The position numbers were made by a program, and so were the translations under genes. This document shows, piece after piece, positions 51,594-61,301 of a stretch of 64,000 nucleotides of DNA (positions within the stretch are counted from its first letter, which is position 1; each line of letters begins with the position of its first letter). The notes beneath the pieces were generated by a model that worked only from the letters and a program-made list of their open reading frames with translations, was not told the origin of the DNA and did not search any database. The stretch is from positions 124,001-188,000 of IMG/VR virus record IMGVR_UViG_3300023174_000042. The stretch is one strand, 5' to 3'.

Positions 51594-53063
51594 ATGTCAA
51601 TTATTAATTCCTACTTCAGTAGAAACAACACAATAGTATACGATAGTTATGTAAATACAGGAAGAAACCCTGTAATGCAACTCTACTATGGCGATGGGGG
51701 AATTGCAAACCCTGTTGGATATTCAAGATTTATATTTGATTTAAATTTAGATTTATTACGAGAAAAAATTGCAAACGGCACAATTTCTACAAATTGTCAA
51801 AATAGTCAAATAACTCATGTCTTGAAAATGACAAACACGTCTTCATTCAATGAAGAATTACTTAATACATCTATGCCAGATGGAAGTATGAGAGCAACCT
51901 CTTTTGATTTAATTTTATTTAGAATACCCCCAAAAAATTTCAACCCGGCTTTTCCGCAACATTGGGATGAAGGTGTGGGATATGATTTTTATGATGTTCC
52001 TGATGTATTAGGACCAAACAGGGCTTACTCTGATAGACCATCGAATTGGTTTGAAACAACAACAATCAACACTTGGGAGGAACCAGGAATTTATAATAAC
52101 AGAAATGGTGGATTGGTTCCATTTTCGGCAATTACAATTATTGACATTCAACACTTTGAATTTGGAAATGAAGATATTGAATTTGATATGACACAAGAAA
52201 TTAATGATGTGTTAAGTGGTGTGATTCAAAACCCAACGGGTTGGGGAATTGCGTATTTGCCACAAGTAGAAAATTTATCAGGAACAACTGGAACATATTC
52301 AGTTGGTTTTTTTACCCGTCATACTCAAACTTTTTATGAACCATATTTGTTAACCACATATAACGATTTAATCGAAGACGATAGAAATAATTTTTCTATG
52401 GGAAGGTCAAATAAATTATATTTATACATTTATGAAAACGGCGATTTTATTAATTTGGACCACACTCCTTTGGTGTCAATTTCCGATTCACAAGGAACAC
52501 CAATACAAGGTCTTCAAAATCTTCAAACATGTTTAAGAACCAGAGGTGTTTATGAAGTTACATTACCACCACTAATTGGGTATCACACACCTTGTATGTT
52601 TACAGATACTTGGTCAAACATAGAATTAAATGGTTTTAATTTGCCAAACCAAATTAACGAATTTACCGTATATCCATTTAAAAAATCAATTCAAATTGGA
52701 ACAAATACAAATGACCCTTCGCAATATGGGTTTTCTTATTATGGATTAAAGCAAAATGAAAAAATATTAAACACAGACGTTAGAAAAGTAGGGGTTATTA
52801 TAAAACAAGCATATACAACAAATAAACAACTTCCTAATGTTGATGGTCAATATAGAGTTTATGTAAAAGAGGGGACTACTGAAGTCATCGTTCAAGATTG
52901 GACAACTTTAAATAGAACGCCAAATGAATACTATTTTATATTTGACACAAGAGATAAAATACCAAATGAATACTTTGTGGATATTAAAGTAACAACATCA
53001 GGTCAAATAAATGTTTATAAACAACAAATTAATTTCTTTATTGTGAATGTTAAATCAGAATAA
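51594..53063 (+). CDS. Putative structural protein
   Basis: 489-aa beta-rich ORF; TATTTAT at 51574-51580. Confidence 0.55.
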   Translation: MSIINSYFSRNNTIVYDSYVNTGRNPVMQLYYGDGGIANPVGYSRFIFDLNLDLLREKIANGTISTNCQNSQITHVLKMTNTSSFNEELLNTSMPDGSMRATSFDLILFRIPPKNFNPAFPQHWDEGVGYDFYDVPDVLGPNRAYSDRPSNWFETTTINTWEEPGIYNNRNGGLVPFSAITIIDIQHFEFGNEDIEFDMTQEINDVLSGVIQNPTGWGIAYLPQVENLSGTTGTYSVGFFTRHTQTFYEPYLLTTYNDLIEDDRNNFSMGRSNKLYLYIYENGDFINLDHTPLVSISDSQGTPIQGLQNLQTCLRTRGVYEVTLPPLIGYHTPCMFTDTWSNIELNGFNLPNQINEFTVYPFKKSIQIGTNTNDPSQYGFSYYGLKQNEKILNTDVRKVGVIIKQAYTTNKQLPNVDGQYRVYVKEGTTEVIVQDWTTLNRTPNEYYFIFDTRDKIPNEYFVDIKVTTSGQINVYKQQINFFIVNVKSE

Positions 53064-53088
53064 AGAGATATTTATAAAATAAAATATT

Positions 53089-53466
53089 ATGGCAGTACAA
53101 AATTTTGAACTATGTTTTCAACCAGGTGTTTTTGTTGCGGTAAATGATTTCGGAGTAATTCCCGCCCCAACAACAGGTGAAACTTATTCTATCACTTTAT
53201 CGGGAACAACATATTGTGCAACCTTAGTTGGGGGATTACCATCAGGACCACCATACACTTTAGGAACTCTTTTTGATTCTTGTTTTGAATGTAGTCAAAG
53301 TATACCTTCATCGGCAAACACAGAATACACACTTTGTTTAAGAGATTGTAGCGGAAACACAATCAGTTTGAGCATGCCACATCCAGTGGCAACAAACGAA
53401 TACGGAAACGAAGTAACACAATTAAACGCAGTTCAATTGGGAGGACAAAACGGACTTTATAATTAA
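53089..53466 (+). CDS. Small Cys-containing putative virion protein
   Basis: TATTTAT at 53069-53075. Confidence 0.55.
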   Translation: MAVQNFELCFQPGVFVAVNDFGVIPAPTTGETYSITLSGTTYCATLVGGLPSGPPYTLGTLFDSCFECSQSIPSSANTEYTLCLRDCSGNTISLSMPHPVATNEYGNEVTQLNAVQLGGQNGLYN

Positions 53467-53476
53467 AAAAATTATT

Positions 53477-53920
53477 ATGAACAATTTAAACAGAATTATC
53501 AAAAAGGTTATTAAAGAAACATCTGAAGAACATTCTTCAAGATATATGTTTTTTTCAAATTTAGAACAAATGAGAAGACAATGTGATTTATTGTTGGATT
53601 TAGACCATGATATGGTTGAAGAAATTTTAGAAAATGGTCACGATTGGGCTCAAGATCATATTAGTGAGGCAAAAAACAACATGGATCAAGTTTTTGATTT
53701 TTTGATGAATGAATTAGAAGGTGAAAATCACTCTGATGATATGATGACCGAGGGTAGAAAAAAAACAGGAACAAAACTTTGTGCTAGAGGTTTAGCCTCC
53801 GCCAAAGCAAAATATGAGGTTCACCCCTCAGCTTATAGTAATGGTCACGCTGTCCAAGTCTGCAAAGGAAAAATCAAAGGACTTGACGGAAAAAGAAAGT
53901 GTTCAGGAGCATTTTGTTAA
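53477..53920 (+). CDS. Hypothetical protein, possible internal head protein
   Basis: Leader MNNLNRIIKKVIKE; basic C-terminal AKAKYEVHPSAYSNG domain. Confidence 0.55.
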   Translation: MNNLNRIIKKVIKETSEEHSSRYMFFSNLEQMRRQCDLLLDLDHDMVEEILENGHDWAQDHISEAKNNMDQVFDFLMNELEGENHSDDMMTEGRKKTGTKLCARGLASAKAKYEVHPSAYSNGHAVQVCKGKIKGLDGKRKCSGAFC

Positions 53921-53978
53921 AAAAAAAGATTAATATCTTTTTTTTTGTATTTTTATGTTTATCCGTATATTTATTAGT

Positions 53979-54467
53979 ATGGATCAACAATGTAGTAAAT
54001 GTGGAAAAATAAAATCTGTAGTTGATTTTTATAAAACTCAAAGAGGAAATAGATGTAAAGAATGTATTTTAAAAGTGACACGAGATTATAAAAGAAGAAA
54101 AAGATTAGATCCAGAACACAGAAAAAAAGAAGGAATCTTACAAAAAGAAAGAAGAGTTAGATTATGGCAAAACACTCTTATTCATGATTCAAAACATAGA
54201 AAAATAGAATGCACATTAACAGTCGACGATATCAATAAAATGTTTGATAACCAAAATGGTTTATGTTATTGGTTTAAAATACCACTCATACCCTCTGATA
54301 AAACAAAACATCCTCAACAACCGTCGTTAGATAGGTTGGATAGAAATAAAGGATATACCAAAGATAACGTTGTTTTATGTTGTTACTCAGCAAATATTGG
54401 TAGAAATGAAAATGATCAAGAAACTTGGGAAGAATTTGTTAAAAATTTGTTTTTAAATTGCCAATAA
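53979..54467 (+). CDS. HNH/His-Me-finger endonuclease (free-standing homing type)
   Basis: CSKC...CKEC zinc finger; CYW...SLDRLDRNKGYTKDNVVLCC..AN. Start at 53979, after TATTTAT at 53968-53974. Confidence 0.75.
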   Translation: MDQQCSKCGKIKSVVDFYKTQRGNRCKECILKVTRDYKRRKRLDPEHRKKEGILQKERRVRLWQNTLIHDSKHRKIECTLTVDDINKMFDNQNGLCYWFKIPLIPSDKTKHPQQPSLDRLDRNKGYTKDNVVLCCYSANIGRNENDQETWEEFVKNLFLNCQ

Positions 54468-55209
54468 TTTTAGAAATTAAAATATCTTCTTTGATATTTT
54501 TCTTTGGTTTATAACTTGTCATTACAGGTTTTTGACCTTTTCCTGTTTGAGTATCTTTCTTTTCGGCCCTTCTTTTTTGTTGACATGCCGCTCTTTTTTG
54601 AGAATCACTCATTTTGCCAGCAACACCGGCCGCTCTACACTTAGGATAAGCACCTTTTGACGTGTCTTGTCTTCCACAGGGGGGATGTTTTCCATCGACT
54701 TTACGACAAATATTAACCCATGGACCTTTTGGTTGAGAAGATCCTTTAGGTTTCTTCTTTTTACCAAACCAAACCGCTAAATCTTCATTCAAAACTCCTT
54801 TATCTGCAACTTCAAACCATTCATTAAATGGAACTTTTTTTGTGTATGGATCCATTTTTTCTTTAAATGATGCCTCTTTGCTGTTTTCAAAATATTGGTT
54901 TATAATATTTCCGTCATCATCTGAAAATGTTGAGTAGGGATTTCGTTTAATAAAATCTTGTATTTTAGCCGCAGTTCTTTCAAGATCACGAATTTGACTT
55001 CTTCTTAAATCCCAACTTTTATCATAACTATCATATTGAACTAATGGGCTTTTGTAATTAGAAACTGCTTGTGTAAATGGTTGTAAAGATTCACCTGACC
55101 AAGGTCTTAGTCCTGGTTGAACAGGTGCGATATAACTCCCTCTTCCTCCCGTACTGTCACCAGTTGATTCTTTAATGACTTTTTTAATTATTTGATCTAA
55201 TTTATTCAT
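54439..55209 (-). CDS. Hypothetical protein, possible internal head protein
   Basis: Leader MNKLDQIIKKVIKES; basic Cys-containing C-terminal domain (WVNIC...CGR...YPKC); TATTTAT at 55222-55228. Confidence 0.6.
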   Translation of the reverse strand: MNKLDQIIKKVIKESTGDSTGGRGSYIAPVQPGLRPWSGESLQPFTQAVSNYKSPLVQYDSYDKSWDLRRSQIRDLERTAAKIQDFIKRNPYSTFSDDDGNIINQYFENSKEASFKEKMDPYTKKVPFNEWFEVADKGVLNEDLAVWFGKKKKPKGSSQPKGPWVNICRKVDGKHPPCGRQDTSKGAYPKCRAAGVAGKMSDSQKRAACQQKRRAEKKDTQTGKGQKPVMTSYKPKKNIKEDILISKIIGNLKTNF

Positions 55210-55239
55210 TTGATTATAATTATAAATATCTTATATTTG
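55209..55239 (+). promoter_or_regulatory. Bacteroidota-type housekeeping promoter TTTG-N19-TATATTTG
   Basis: Exact match to the -33/-7 consensus, upstream of 55244. Confidence 0.5.
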
Positions 55240-55243
55240 AGTT

Positions 55244-55453
55244 ATGGAACAAGAAAATAAAAATTTTGGTAATTTGTTCAATACAATTGACTTACTAAAT
55301 GAAGACCACTTAGAGTTAATTTTATCTACAATGGATGACGAACACGCTCTCTATTACTTAATTGAAGCCGTTAAATGTGCCCATAGAAAAGGATCTTTTT
55401 CTATTGGAGAAACAGAAGTGATTTCAAAATCAATTAGAACTTTATTAAAGTAA
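55244..55453 (+). CDS. Hypothetical protein
   Basis: 69-aa ORF with its own promoter-like element. Confidence 0.55.
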   Translation: MEQENKNFGNLFNTIDLLNEDHLELILSTMDDEHALYYLIEAVKCAHRKGSFSIGETEVISKSIRTLLK

Positions 55454-56131
55454 TTTATTTGATTTTTTAATATTATCAACACTCCACATAGGTTGTAAAT
55501 TATCTAAAGACCAACATTTCATAAATTCATTATCACCAATTTCTTTTATGTTATATAATGAAATTGGGTGTTTGTGGTCTACATGCCAATCCCCATAATT
55601 ATCCCAAGTCATTTCATCACTAAATTGTTTTTCTAAATGATTTATTAATTGTTCAGGTGTGTATTTTAATATCTCAAAATAGTGTCCATTTTTTTTAATA
55701 TTATTTTCTTTTAATACTTGATAAATTGCGGTTCTGAAATTACTGATTAGTTTATAGAGGGGGTCATTTGATTTACGAGTTTTTTCGTAATTTCTTTTAG
55801 TTTCACGGATTTTATCAGCATTTTTTTCACGGTATTTTTTAAGATATTCTTTTCTGTGTTCTTTGTTATTTTCATACCAATTTTCATAATTTTTTCTTTT
55901 ACGTTGTTTAGTTTTTGGTTTAGATTCGTATTTCTTCATCGCAACTTCTCTACCCCCAATAAATCTTCTACCTGATGGACCTAAATTAACTCCATTTTCT
56001 TTTAAAATTCGCAAAACAATTTGTTTATTTAAACCAACTTTTTTGGATATACTATGTGAACCTAAAAGCTCATCGTTGTACATGTTAACAATTGTTTCTA
56101 TCGTTTCTTGAGTTGGGATGTACTTCTTCAT
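55445..56131 (-). CDS. HNH endonuclease with N-terminal HTH-like region
   Basis: MTWDNYGDWHVDHKHP...CWSLDNLQPMW..DN..KSNK. Start at MKKYIP, after TATTTAT at 56137-56143. Confidence 0.8.
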   Translation of the reverse strand: MKKYIPTQETIETIVNMYNDELLGSHSISKKVGLNKQIVLRILKENGVNLGPSGRRFIGGREVAMKKYESKPKTKQRKRKNYENWYENNKEHRKEYLKKYREKNADKIRETKRNYEKTRKSNDPLYKLISNFRTAIYQVLKENNIKKNGHYFEILKYTPEQLINHLEKQFSDEMTWDNYGDWHVDHKHPISLYNIKEIGDNEFMKCWSLDNLQPMWSVDNIKKSNKLL

Positions 56132-56185
56132 ATAATATAAATATATTATATTTAACCAAAAAATCAATTGTTTTTTTATTATAAT

Positions 56186-56215
56186 AAAAAAGGTCAGATT
56201 TCTCTGACCTTTTTT
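56186..56215 (-). terminator. Intrinsic terminator of the major capsid gene
   Basis: Minus strand GGUCAGA-GAAA-UCUGACC-U6. Confidence 0.9.
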
Positions 56216-56235
56216 GTGATTATTTAAAGATTTGA

Positions 56236-58143
56236 TTATCTCAATTCTCTTAAATCGAATGTACGAACTCCATCAACTGTAATTCTGGCATAGAACCTGT
56301 TATTTACCATCTTCTTCGCGTATCTGGTCATAATACCTTTGATTGGCGTGAAGTTGAATGGGTTATACATTGTAGGTGTCAATTGTAGAGGAACATACGG
56401 TGCGTAGATGTAACCTGTGTCTAACAATGAAGTTCCTTTGTGTCCAATCAAAACTTGGTTTGCTGGGAAGTAAGGATCACGATAAACTTGGTAACGTCCA
56501 GACAATGTACCAACTCTTTCAATACCCATGTTGTATTGGTCTTGATCAGGAGCCGCGTTAGATACGTGGAAGTATTCTAAATCGTCAAAGATAGCAGAAA
56601 CCTCAGAAGAAACAACGATCCAGTTAGCACCACCTCTCAAAGTAGATTTGTGGATTTGTGCTGACAATTGGTTAATTGCTGTAATCAAAGTTTGGTTCCA
56701 GTCTTTTTGAGTGTAAGATGTTGTAGATCCAACTCTTCTCCATCCGTTGTAGTCCCAACGTAATTGCCATGCGGCACCTTTACGTAGGTCACGTAAGATC
56801 TCACGGTCAATTTCAGCCGCAACTTGTTCTGACAACAACGCTGTCAATTCAGCTTCAGCATCGATGTTATGGAATGCGGCAACGTCTTGTGCTAATTCAG
56901 GAGACCATTGTGCTCTTAGTTTTCTTTCTGTAACAGATACAGTTACTGACTCAAGGTCAAAAGAAACCTCACCAATTTGATCTTCGAATTCCATTTCAGC
57001 ATATCTTCTATACCAAGCCAAGAATGAACCACCAGAAGTACCTGAATAAATAGTAGTTCCTGTGTAACCATCCAATGATGTTGAGTTACAATCAGCACAT
57101 ACTGGACAAGATAAATCTACTTCAAGGTAGATACAACCGTCTTGTGAGCAAACGTTGTTATAATTACCACCATCACCAATGTTTGTACCGTTAGCACTTC
57201 CGCTATTTCCAAAGACAGTTGCGGTATTAGTACTTGTAGGTGTAACAATTCCTTGTCCGTAAATTTGAGTTACAACTCTAAACAATAGAGGAACAAATAC
57301 AGTTTGATTGTTATAAGTACTTGTAAATACATTACAAGGTGTAGTTGATGCAGAAATAACTGAAGTTCCATAGATTCTTAGATCGGAAAGGAAAGATTCA
57401 GTATCCATTTCGTTACCATCTGGTCCGATAAGTTTTCCTGTACCAGCATTAGCGAAACCACAAAGTTTCATAAGAACTTTTCTTGTGTTTCCAGAATATT
57501 CAGTTAAAGTCGCATCAACTAAACTACTACCAGCCCATTTTTGTACCGTAGTGTTAGCGGTTACTGCAGTCCACTTACCTTTAGAGTAGTCAAACAATCC
57601 TGGAGGATCTAATCCTGCCTCATTTCCTTCGTAGAATAAATCGTAAAGATCTTTTTTGTAAGGATAAGGACCATTTGGTGGATAACCAGCGTTTACATCG
57701 TTTGGTCCGTTTGGAGCTCCATAAGGTGCATAGTGATCACCACCAGCATTTGCAACTCCGGTTGAAGGGTATCCGTTAGCGTCTAATGAAGATGGGTTTT
57801 GATATCCTTGGATTCTTGGTACAAAATAGAACAATTTACCGATAGGTAAATTCATAGCTTGTACAGATACGATGTCGTTAGCCAACAATTTAGAGAATAC
57901 ACGTCTTACGATTGGGAAAACAACTGTTTCAAATGCTCCGTTAGAAGTACCATCTGAAGATGCTTCGTTAATCAAGAAAGATGCTTGGTTCTCATATAAT
58001 TGAGCTACGTTTTCTTTTAGGTGGCCTTTAAGACCTTCAAGGAACCCTAATTTGTCCCATTTGTTAATTGTGTCTTCTTTGATAACTTTAAGGTGTTTTA
58101 ACCCGATGTTACCTACAAGACCTGATTCTAATAATGCTCCCAT
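56236..58143 (-). CDS. Major capsid protein (T4 gp23-like) with a large internal insertion
   Basis: AQLYENQ, PIVRRVF, VSVQAM..P.G, RKLRAQWSPELAQD, AEIDREI, YAPYVPL, GIMTRY. Confidence 0.95.
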   Translation of the reverse strand: MGALLESGLVGNIGLKHLKVIKEDTINKWDKLGFLEGLKGHLKENVAQLYENQASFLINEASSDGTSNGAFETVVFPIVRRVFSKLLANDIVSVQAMNLPIGKLFYFVPRIQGYQNPSSLDANGYPSTGVANAGGDHYAPYGAPNGPNDVNAGYPPNGPYPYKKDLYDLFYEGNEAGLDPPGLFDYSKGKWTAVTANTTVQKWAGSSLVDATLTEYSGNTRKVLMKLCGFANAGTGKLIGPDGNEMDTESFLSDLRIYGTSVISASTTPCNVFTSTYNNQTVFVPLLFRVVTQIYGQGIVTPTSTNTATVFGNSGSANGTNIGDGGNYNNVCSQDGCIYLEVDLSCPVCADCNSTSLDGYTGTTIYSGTSGGSFLAWYRRYAEMEFEDQIGEVSFDLESVTVSVTERKLRAQWSPELAQDVAAFHNIDAEAELTALLSEQVAAEIDREILRDLRKGAAWQLRWDYNGWRRVGSTTSYTQKDWNQTLITAINQLSAQIHKSTLRGGANWIVVSSEVSAIFDDLEYFHVSNAAPDQDQYNMGIERVGTLSGRYQVYRDPYFPANQVLIGHKGTSLLDTGYIYAPYVPLQLTPTMYNPFNFTPIKGIMTRYAKKMVNNRFYARITVDGVRTFDLRELR

Positions 58144-58169
58144 TTTTTTTGGTTTTTATTATTTATTGT

Positions 58170-59693
58170 TTATTTTATTTTTGTCATCAAATCCTTCATT
58201 CTCAAGAATTGTGGATTTTCATACGTTTTTGATTCAATTAAATTCGCTGATGAACCTGTAGAGACAGTTTTATTCACAGTTCTTTCGATTGATTCGTTTA
58301 TTGAGTTTTCTGTACTTACACCATTTCCTAATTCATTTTTAATGGTTCTGTAAAGATTTTTTGATTCTTTCAAAGATTCAACATTATCAAATCTTTTAAG
58401 AATGTTTATTTTTTCTTGTTTTGTTGTTGAATGTTCAGTAAACAATCTTGTTGAGTAAGCCAAGTTGGAATTAAAAACAGCAACTTCGTTCAATTTTGTT
58501 CTAAACACATCAAGAGCTTTTCTGTATTCTTCATTTTTTTCTCTCAAAGTGTTTATTTCATTTGATTCAGAAAGATTAAATGGATTAAACTCCATGTTTC
58601 TGTTGTTTAATCTTGCTTTTCTAAGACCACGGCTACCATCCTTAGATCCATTACCCAATGTTCTTGAAGCTTCTTTAGTTTCGGCTTTTTTAGTTTGGTG
58701 TTTTTTTCCTTCATAGTCTTTATAGTGACCTTTAACGTCTCCTAATTTTTGACCTTTTGATCTCTTATAATCACCTTTGTTTCCTCCCCACTGTTTTTCT
58801 TCTTTATATTCAAATTTGGCTTTTCCTGTTCCCATCGCTTTAGTACCTTTTCCAAAAGCTTCTTTTCTTTTTTCATCAAAACCTCCATTCATGTTAGGTT
58901 TTTTGTCGTAGTTAAACTTGGGACCTTTTCCAATACCAACACCTTTAGCTTTAATTGCTTTTTTAACTGATTCCATAACTGAGTCATAATCTTCCTCCAT
59001 GTCATCCATTTCCTCCATGTCATCCATTTCCTCCATGTCATCCATGTCATCCATTTCCATCATGTCATCCATTTCCATCATGTCATCCATTTCCATCATG
59101 TTATCGTCTTCATCCATTTCTATTTCATAGACAGTATCTTCTTCAGATTCTTCATCCATTTCTATTTCATAGATTGTTTCACCATCATGATCTTCCATAA
59201 ACTCATCGTCCATTTCCATCATATGGTCTTCTTCTGATTCTCCCAAATGGATCATATACTCATTATCACCATCAGTTAGGTGAATGTTTTCACCTTCTTT
59301 TTTAACAACGATTCCGTCTTGATCTCCCATGGCTTTAAAAACTCTTAAGACTTCCGCGTCAGACGCTCCAGTCATATCAATAGTTTCATCTTCCATGTCT
59401 TCATCTTCCATGTCTTCATCTTCCATGTCTTCATCTTCCATGTCCATGTCTTCATCATCCATTTCCATTTCGTCTTCAGTTCCCATGTCGTCATCTTCTG
59501 GCGTGTTATCAACTTCGACTTCATCGTCTTCAACCTCTTCTTCATCTTGTTCTCTAAGAGATTCTTTTACTAATTGTCTGATTTCTTCACTCATTGTAGA
59601 ATGAAGTATTCCTTTTGCATTTTCTTGTAGAGTTTCTTCCAAATTCTTGATTTGAAAAAGAGCATCTTCTACTACATTTCTGTTATTTGTCAT
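58170..59693 (-). CDS. Prohead core/scaffold protein (gp22-like)
   Basis: Lies between the protease and MCP genes; very acidic D/E/M-rich N-half, basic middle, coiled-coil C-terminus; TATTTAT at 59717-59723. Confidence 0.75.
   Translation of the reverse strand: MTNNRNVVEDALFQIKNLEETLQENAKGILHSTMSEEIRQLVKESLREQDEEEVEDDEVEVDNTPEDDDMGTEDEMEMDDEDMDMEDEDMEDEDMEDEDMEDETIDMTGASDAEVLRVFKAMGDQDGIVVKKEGENIHLTDGDNEYMIHLGESEEDHMMEMDDEFMEDHDGETIYEIEMDEESEEDTVYEIEMDEDDNMMEMDDMMEMDDMMEMDDMDDMEEMDDMEEMDDMEEDYDSVMESVKKAIKAKGVGIGKGPKFNYDKKPNMNGGFDEKRKEAFGKGTKAMGTGKAKFEYKEEKQWGGNKGDYKRSKGQKLGDVKGHYKDYEGKKHQTKKAETKEASRTLGNGSKDGSRGLRKARLNNRNMEFNPFNLSESNEINTLREKNEEYRKALDVFRTKLNEVAVFNSNLAYSTRLFTEHSTTKQEKINILKRFDNVESLKESKNLYRTIKNELGNGVSTENSINESIERTVNKTVSTGSSANLIESKTYENPQFLRMKDLMTKIK
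58992..59100 (-). repeat. Coding 18-bp tandem repeat (MMEMDD/MEEMDD)
   Basis: catccatttc(c/c)atcatgt-type units; a second 15-bp repeat (EDEDM) lies near 59386-59445. Confidence 0.85.
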
Positions 59694-59763
59694 ACTTTTT
59701 ATAAAATATTTTTCTAATAAATATCAATAAAAAAGAAAAAGTTATTGTTTTTTTAAATAAAAC

Positions 59764-59797
59764 AAAAAAAAAAGGGAAAAGACTATTGTCTCTTCCC
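59764..59797 (-). terminator. Intrinsic terminator
   Basis: GGGAAGAGAC-AAUA-GUCUUUUCCC-U10 on the minus strand. Confidence 0.75.
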
Positions 59798-59826
59798 AAT
59801 TTTTTTTAAGTTAAAAAGTTAATTTT

Positions 59827-60039
59827 TTATGATTCTATAACCTCGTCAATTTTACTTTCTGAAATTGAAGTTATTCTCCAAGCCATTGTATAATTTTCAT
59901 AAACTTTGGTTACCTTGGCCTCAACATCGGTTGGTGAAAATGCTTTTACCAACTTTTCTTCTCTCATTTTTTTAATTTTTCCTGTTTCGGTATCAACCAT
60001 ATCGGTTGTAATTTTTGCTATAAAATATTTTTCGTCCAT
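59827..60039 (-). CDS. DUF4494-like small protein
   Basis: YFIAKI...GKIKKMREEKLVKAFSPTDVEAKV resembles the Bacteroidota DUF4494 N-terminal unit. Confidence 0.55.
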   Translation of the reverse strand: MDEKYFIAKITTDMVDTETGKIKKMREEKLVKAFSPTDVEAKVTKVYENYTMAWRITSISESKIDEVIES

Positions 60040-60045
60040 AATTTG

Positions 60046-60774
60046 TTATTTATTCAAATAATCGGACAATCTATTCATTAAGTCAAGCGATTTAGATCCT
60101 GTTTCACCAATATGTCTTTCTGCGTTAATTCTTTTTTCCTCGTCAAGATTTTCTTCAAAGTTAAATCTTTCTTTTGGATCATTGAAAAGATACGCTCCAG
60201 GTGTTGATGGTGAAGAAACCAAGTCAAAACAAATTAATTCAAAATCATCCTGAACTTCGTTTTGCTCACCAACTTTTTTAAGTGACCCAACTCCACGAGA
60301 TGATATACCTAAAGTAACCCCCTGACGAAGATAGTTTGCGGCTAAATCTCCTTTTGTTGATACAATACCTCTTTCGTGAAAACCTGGGCTTGTAAGTAAT
60401 TTTAATTTACCCAATAATACAGGACCCTCCCACCATATATCAGTAATTGCGTGTGAAACTCTATCTAAATCAATCAAAGATGATTCTGGGTGATTTAATT
60501 CAGAAAGGGCGGTTCCTTTTTGAATCATTTTTTTATAATTTTCGGCCTCCCTTTTTAAAATCTTTTCGGGATATATTCTTCCGTTTCTATTTGGGGTGTT
60601 ATATTTTTGTAATACGGCATAAAACTCAAAAGGTTTTGAGTGATCTAACATATCACGATTCTCTCTTATCATAGATAAGTTTCTTCTTTCATTCGGATCG
60701 ATATAACCCGCATCATACTCAACAAGAATCCCACGACCTGAATCTCTTGGGCCTAGTATTTTTAAATTATCCAT
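60046..60774 (-). CDS. Prohead protease (T4 gp21-like)
   Basis: NRNGRIYP, ELNHP, VSH, GISSRGVGS, FDLVSSPSTPGA; TATTTAT at 60790-60796. Confidence 0.92.
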   Translation of the reverse strand: MDNLKILGPRDSGRGILVEYDAGYIDPNERRNLSMIRENRDMLDHSKPFEFYAVLQKYNTPNRNGRIYPEKILKREAENYKKMIQKGTALSELNHPESSLIDLDRVSHAITDIWWEGPVLLGKLKLLTSPGFHERGIVSTKGDLAANYLRQGVTLGISSRGVGSLKKVGEQNEVQDDFELICFDLVSSPSTPGAYLFNDPKERFNFEENLDEEKRINAERHIGETGSKSLDLMNRLSDYLNK

Positions 60775-60796
60775 TTAATATTTTTCTTTATAAATA

Positions 60797-61264
60797 TCAA
60801 CCAACTTCAATTTCTTTTTTTATTGGTTTTATATTTCCATTTTTGGTTAAATAAAACTTAAAATATTTATTTTTATTGATGGTATCGTTGTAGATTTCTT
60901 TAATCAAAGACTTAACGTGTTTTTTTAATTTTTGTGATTTGAAGTCCACAGGTTCTAAAAGAAATAAATTTATTTCTAAATTCATAAAAGATTTCTTTTT
61001 TAATTGAATCCCGCTTGTTCTTAAATCTAAATCTACAATAAATTTTGTGTCAAATACATTTTTGTTTATGTTTTCTAAAACTGAATGTTTTATTGATCTT
61101 GTTAGATTTAATACAACTCTGTTCCAATTTTCAATTTCTTCTTTTGGCTCAACCCAACTTTGAATATTTATAAAGATTGATTTTAAATTTGTGGAATCAA
61201 TTGTTCCATAATGAGATTTGAATGTTCTGTATCCACTCAACTTGATTGTTTTTCCTTTTTTCAT
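60797..61264 (-). CDS. Hypothetical protein
   Basis: 155-aa ORF divergent from bS21, preceded by TTGATA-N17-TAGAAT. Confidence 0.6.
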   Translation of the reverse strand: MKKGKTIKLSGYRTFKSHYGTIDSTNLKSIFINIQSWVEPKEEIENWNRVVLNLTRSIKHSVLENINKNVFDTKFIVDLDLRTSGIQLKKKSFMNLEINLFLLEPVDFKSQKLKKHVKSLIKEIYNDTINKNKYFKFYLTKNGNIKPIKKEIEVG

Positions 61265-61301
61265 AGATTTTTTTCATATGCGAAATGTTTATTTTTGTAT
61301 A

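Noticed and set aside
59329-59604. Ser-rich plus-strand ORF
   Set aside because: Antisense shadow of the acidic scaffold repeats.
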